This document shows positions 41,531-43,270 of a DNA stretch of 43,270 nucleotides, piece after piece. The position numbers were made by a program, and so were the translations under genes. The notes under the pieces were generated by a model. It did not search any database. It was not told the DNA's origin and worked only from the letters and a program-made list of their open reading frames with translations. The stretch is taken from the sequence record SRR20825006_314; one strand, written 5' to 3'. Numbering within the stretch: position 1 is the first letter of the stretch; every line of letters begins with the position of its first letter.

Positions 41531-43270
41531 ATGAAATTAGGTGTTGCAACAAAGGCGATGCTCGCAACCGTAGGCGTAGTTGTCGTATGTTTTACTGCAT
41601 TTGCCGTTTTTTTGGATGTGAATCGCAGCGCGCAGGCTGAGGCCACGATGCGCGAGGAAATTGCTTCCGTCGGCGCAAGCATGAGTGATCGCGTGTCAGC
41701 TTGGTTTGAAGAGCGGACCTTATTGGTTGAGCTGCAAGCCGAGAAAATTGCGGGGCTCGATGCTGAAGCTGATGCCACCAATGAGCTTAAATATAAGATA
41801 TTGGAGGAAAAGTTTAACGCGGTTTATTTTGGTGAAGACGCCACGGGCAACTTCATGATCCACCCGCCGCAAGACTTGCCAGCGGATTATGATCCACGGC
41901 AACGGCCTTGGTATCAAGATGTTGCGAGCAATCAAGCCACGGCATTGACCGAGCCTTATCAAGATGCATCGACTGGCAATCTTACCGTAACAGTTGCTTC
42001 GCCCGTATTGGCGGGCAACAAAATCAAAGGTGTGATCGGCGGCGATTTCACCATCAACACCATTGCTGACATGCTGGCGGACGTGAATCATAACGGCACT
42101 TATGCATTCTTGGCTTCCGGCGATGGCAATGTGATTATCCATTCAAATGCAGACGCGATTGGCCAGCCCGTGAACGACGTGTTCGGCACTGAAGGTTTGG
42201 CATTTGATGGCAGTATTCAAGATGTTGATGATGCAGGCACCCCAAGCTTTATTGGCTTCAACAAGATCGCAGATTTGCCTGCAGTTGATTGGTATGTGGG
42301 CGTTGTGGTGGATAAAGGTGTTGTGTTTGCACCATTGAATGAAAGCCGCCGCGACGCGGTGATTGCAACTATCTTTGCGGCCTTGGTTGCTGTTGGCGTG
42401 ATCTTCCTTGTGTTCCAAAAAGTCATCACCGGCCCATTGAAATCTATGACCAAAGGCATGAAGGAAATTGCTGGCGGTGATTATGATGTGGAAGTGGGCT
42501 TTGGCGAACGCGAAGACGAAATCGGCGATATGGCGCGTGCTGTTGAGGTGTTCCGCGCCAATGGTCATCGTATTACCGAAATGACCGAAGAGGAGAAAAT
42601 TGCTGCTGATAACCGCATTCGTGAGCGTGCGGAAATGATGCGGGAATTGGGGGCTTCATTTGGTGATGTGGTTGATGCTGCGGTGATGGGCGATTTCTCA
42701 TTGCGCGTGGATAAAGAGTTCCCAGACGCTGAATTGAACAATTTGGCCCATGGGGTGAACAGCCTTGTGGAGACCGTGGATCAAGGTATCACCGAAGTTG
42801 GTCGCGTTTTGGCGTCTTTGGCCAATACCGATTTGACCCAACGGGTGCAGGGTGAATATCACGGTGCATTCTTGCAGTTGAAAAACGACACGAATGAAGT
42901 GGGCGACAAGTTGGCCGACGTCATTTCGCGCCTGCGCAGCACGTCGCGTCAGCTAAAAGTGGCCACCAGCGAGATTTTGTCTGGCGCCAATGATTTGTCA
43001 GACCGGACAACCCGCCAGGCGGCAACCATTGAGGAAACATCTGCTGCGATGGAGCAATTGTCCAACACCGTGTTGGAAAATGCACAGGAAGCTTCTGACG
43101 CCAGCACCAATGCCGAAAAAGTTCGCCAAACAGCGGAAGAGGGCGGCGAAGTGATGCGTCAGGCCAATAAGGCGATGGAGCGGATCACCACCTCATCTAA
43201 TGAGATTTCGAAAATCATTGGCATGATTGATGACATTGCCTTCCAAACCAACTTGCTGGCCTTGAACGCT
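41531..43270 (+). CDS. Methyl-accepting chemotaxis protein with dCache_1 sensor and HAMP domains (3'-partial; absent from the ORF track because there is no stop in the window)
   Basis: Manual translation MKLGVATKAMLATVGVVVVCFTAFAVFL...DYDPRQRPWY...TEPYQDASTG...GVIGGDF...REDEIGDMARAVEVFR...IDDIAFQTNLLALNA. GGAG RBS. The end is in frame with the start (1740 nt). Confidence 0.95.
   Translation, partial: MKLGVATKAMLATVGVVVVCFTAFAVFLDVNRSAQAEATMREEIASVGASMSDRVSAWFEERTLLVELQAEKIAGLDAEADATNELKYKILEEKFNAVYFGEDATGNFMIHPPQDLPADYDPRQRPWYQDVASNQATALTEPYQDASTGNLTVTVASPVLAGNKIKGVIGGDFTINTIADMLADVNHNGTYAFLASGDGNVIIHSNADAIGQPVNDVFGTEGLAFDGSIQDVDDAGTPSFIGFNKIADLPAVDWYVGVVVDKGVVFAPLNESRRDAVIATIFAALVAVGVIFLVFQKVITGPLKSMTKGMKEIAGGDYDVEVGFGEREDEIGDMARAVEVFRANGHRITEMTEEEKIAADNRIRERAEMMRELGASFGDVVDAAVMGDFSLRVDKEFPDAELNNLAHGVNSLVETVDQGITEVGRVLASLANTDLTQRVQGEYHGAFLQLKNDTNEVGDKLADVISRLRSTSRQLKVATSEILSGANDLSDRTTRQAATIEETSAAMEQLSNTVLENAQEASDASTNAEKVRQTAEEGGEVMRQANKAMERITTSSNEISKIIGMIDDIAFQTNLLALNA

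Noticed and set aside
41506-42568. Several minus-strand ORFs (91-141 aa) in the track
   Set aside because: Antisense shadows of the plus-strand MCP gene.
1-43270. CRISPR arrays, IS/integrase/phage genes, tRNA or rRNA
   Set aside because: No repeat-spacer periodicity, recombinase or transposase motifs, or recognisable structural RNA genes seen by eye. A covariance-model scan was not possible.

Overview
Chromosomal window from a moderate-GC alphaproteobacterium. Gene content suggests Hyphomicrobiales, possibly a marine Devosiaceae such as Maritalea (inference). It has six blocks. (1) The 3' end of a peptide ABC ATPase. (2) An ~11.5 kb general stress response (GSR) island: phyR / nepR-ecfG, two HWE-type kinases and small effector genes (MscS, PLDc_N, CsbD, DUF1328, Dps, AI-2E, DUF883, two PRC-barrel proteins, DUF3309). 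Ten exact GGAAC-N16-CGTT EcfG promoters lie in this island and an eleventh precedes a lipid-kinase gene 27 kb away. (3) An ectR / ectABCD-ask (hydroxy)ectoine cluster. (4) A GntR plus class V aminotransferase converging on an Aap-like amino-acid ABC operon that has three amidohydrolases and no ATPase. (5) A ROK regulator plus PIG-L protein divergent from a sugar ABC operon that contains an argininosuccinate-lyase-like enzyme and a PfkB kinase. (6) A lipid kinase, a LuxR solo and a divergent dCache amino-acid chemoreceptor preceded by a lux-box-like site. The best leads for something undescribed are the two orphan catabolic operons, a C-rich-loop hairpin sRNA candidate in the GSR island, and the LuxR solo-to-chemoreceptor link. 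No rRNA, tRNA, CRISPR array or mobile element was seen.
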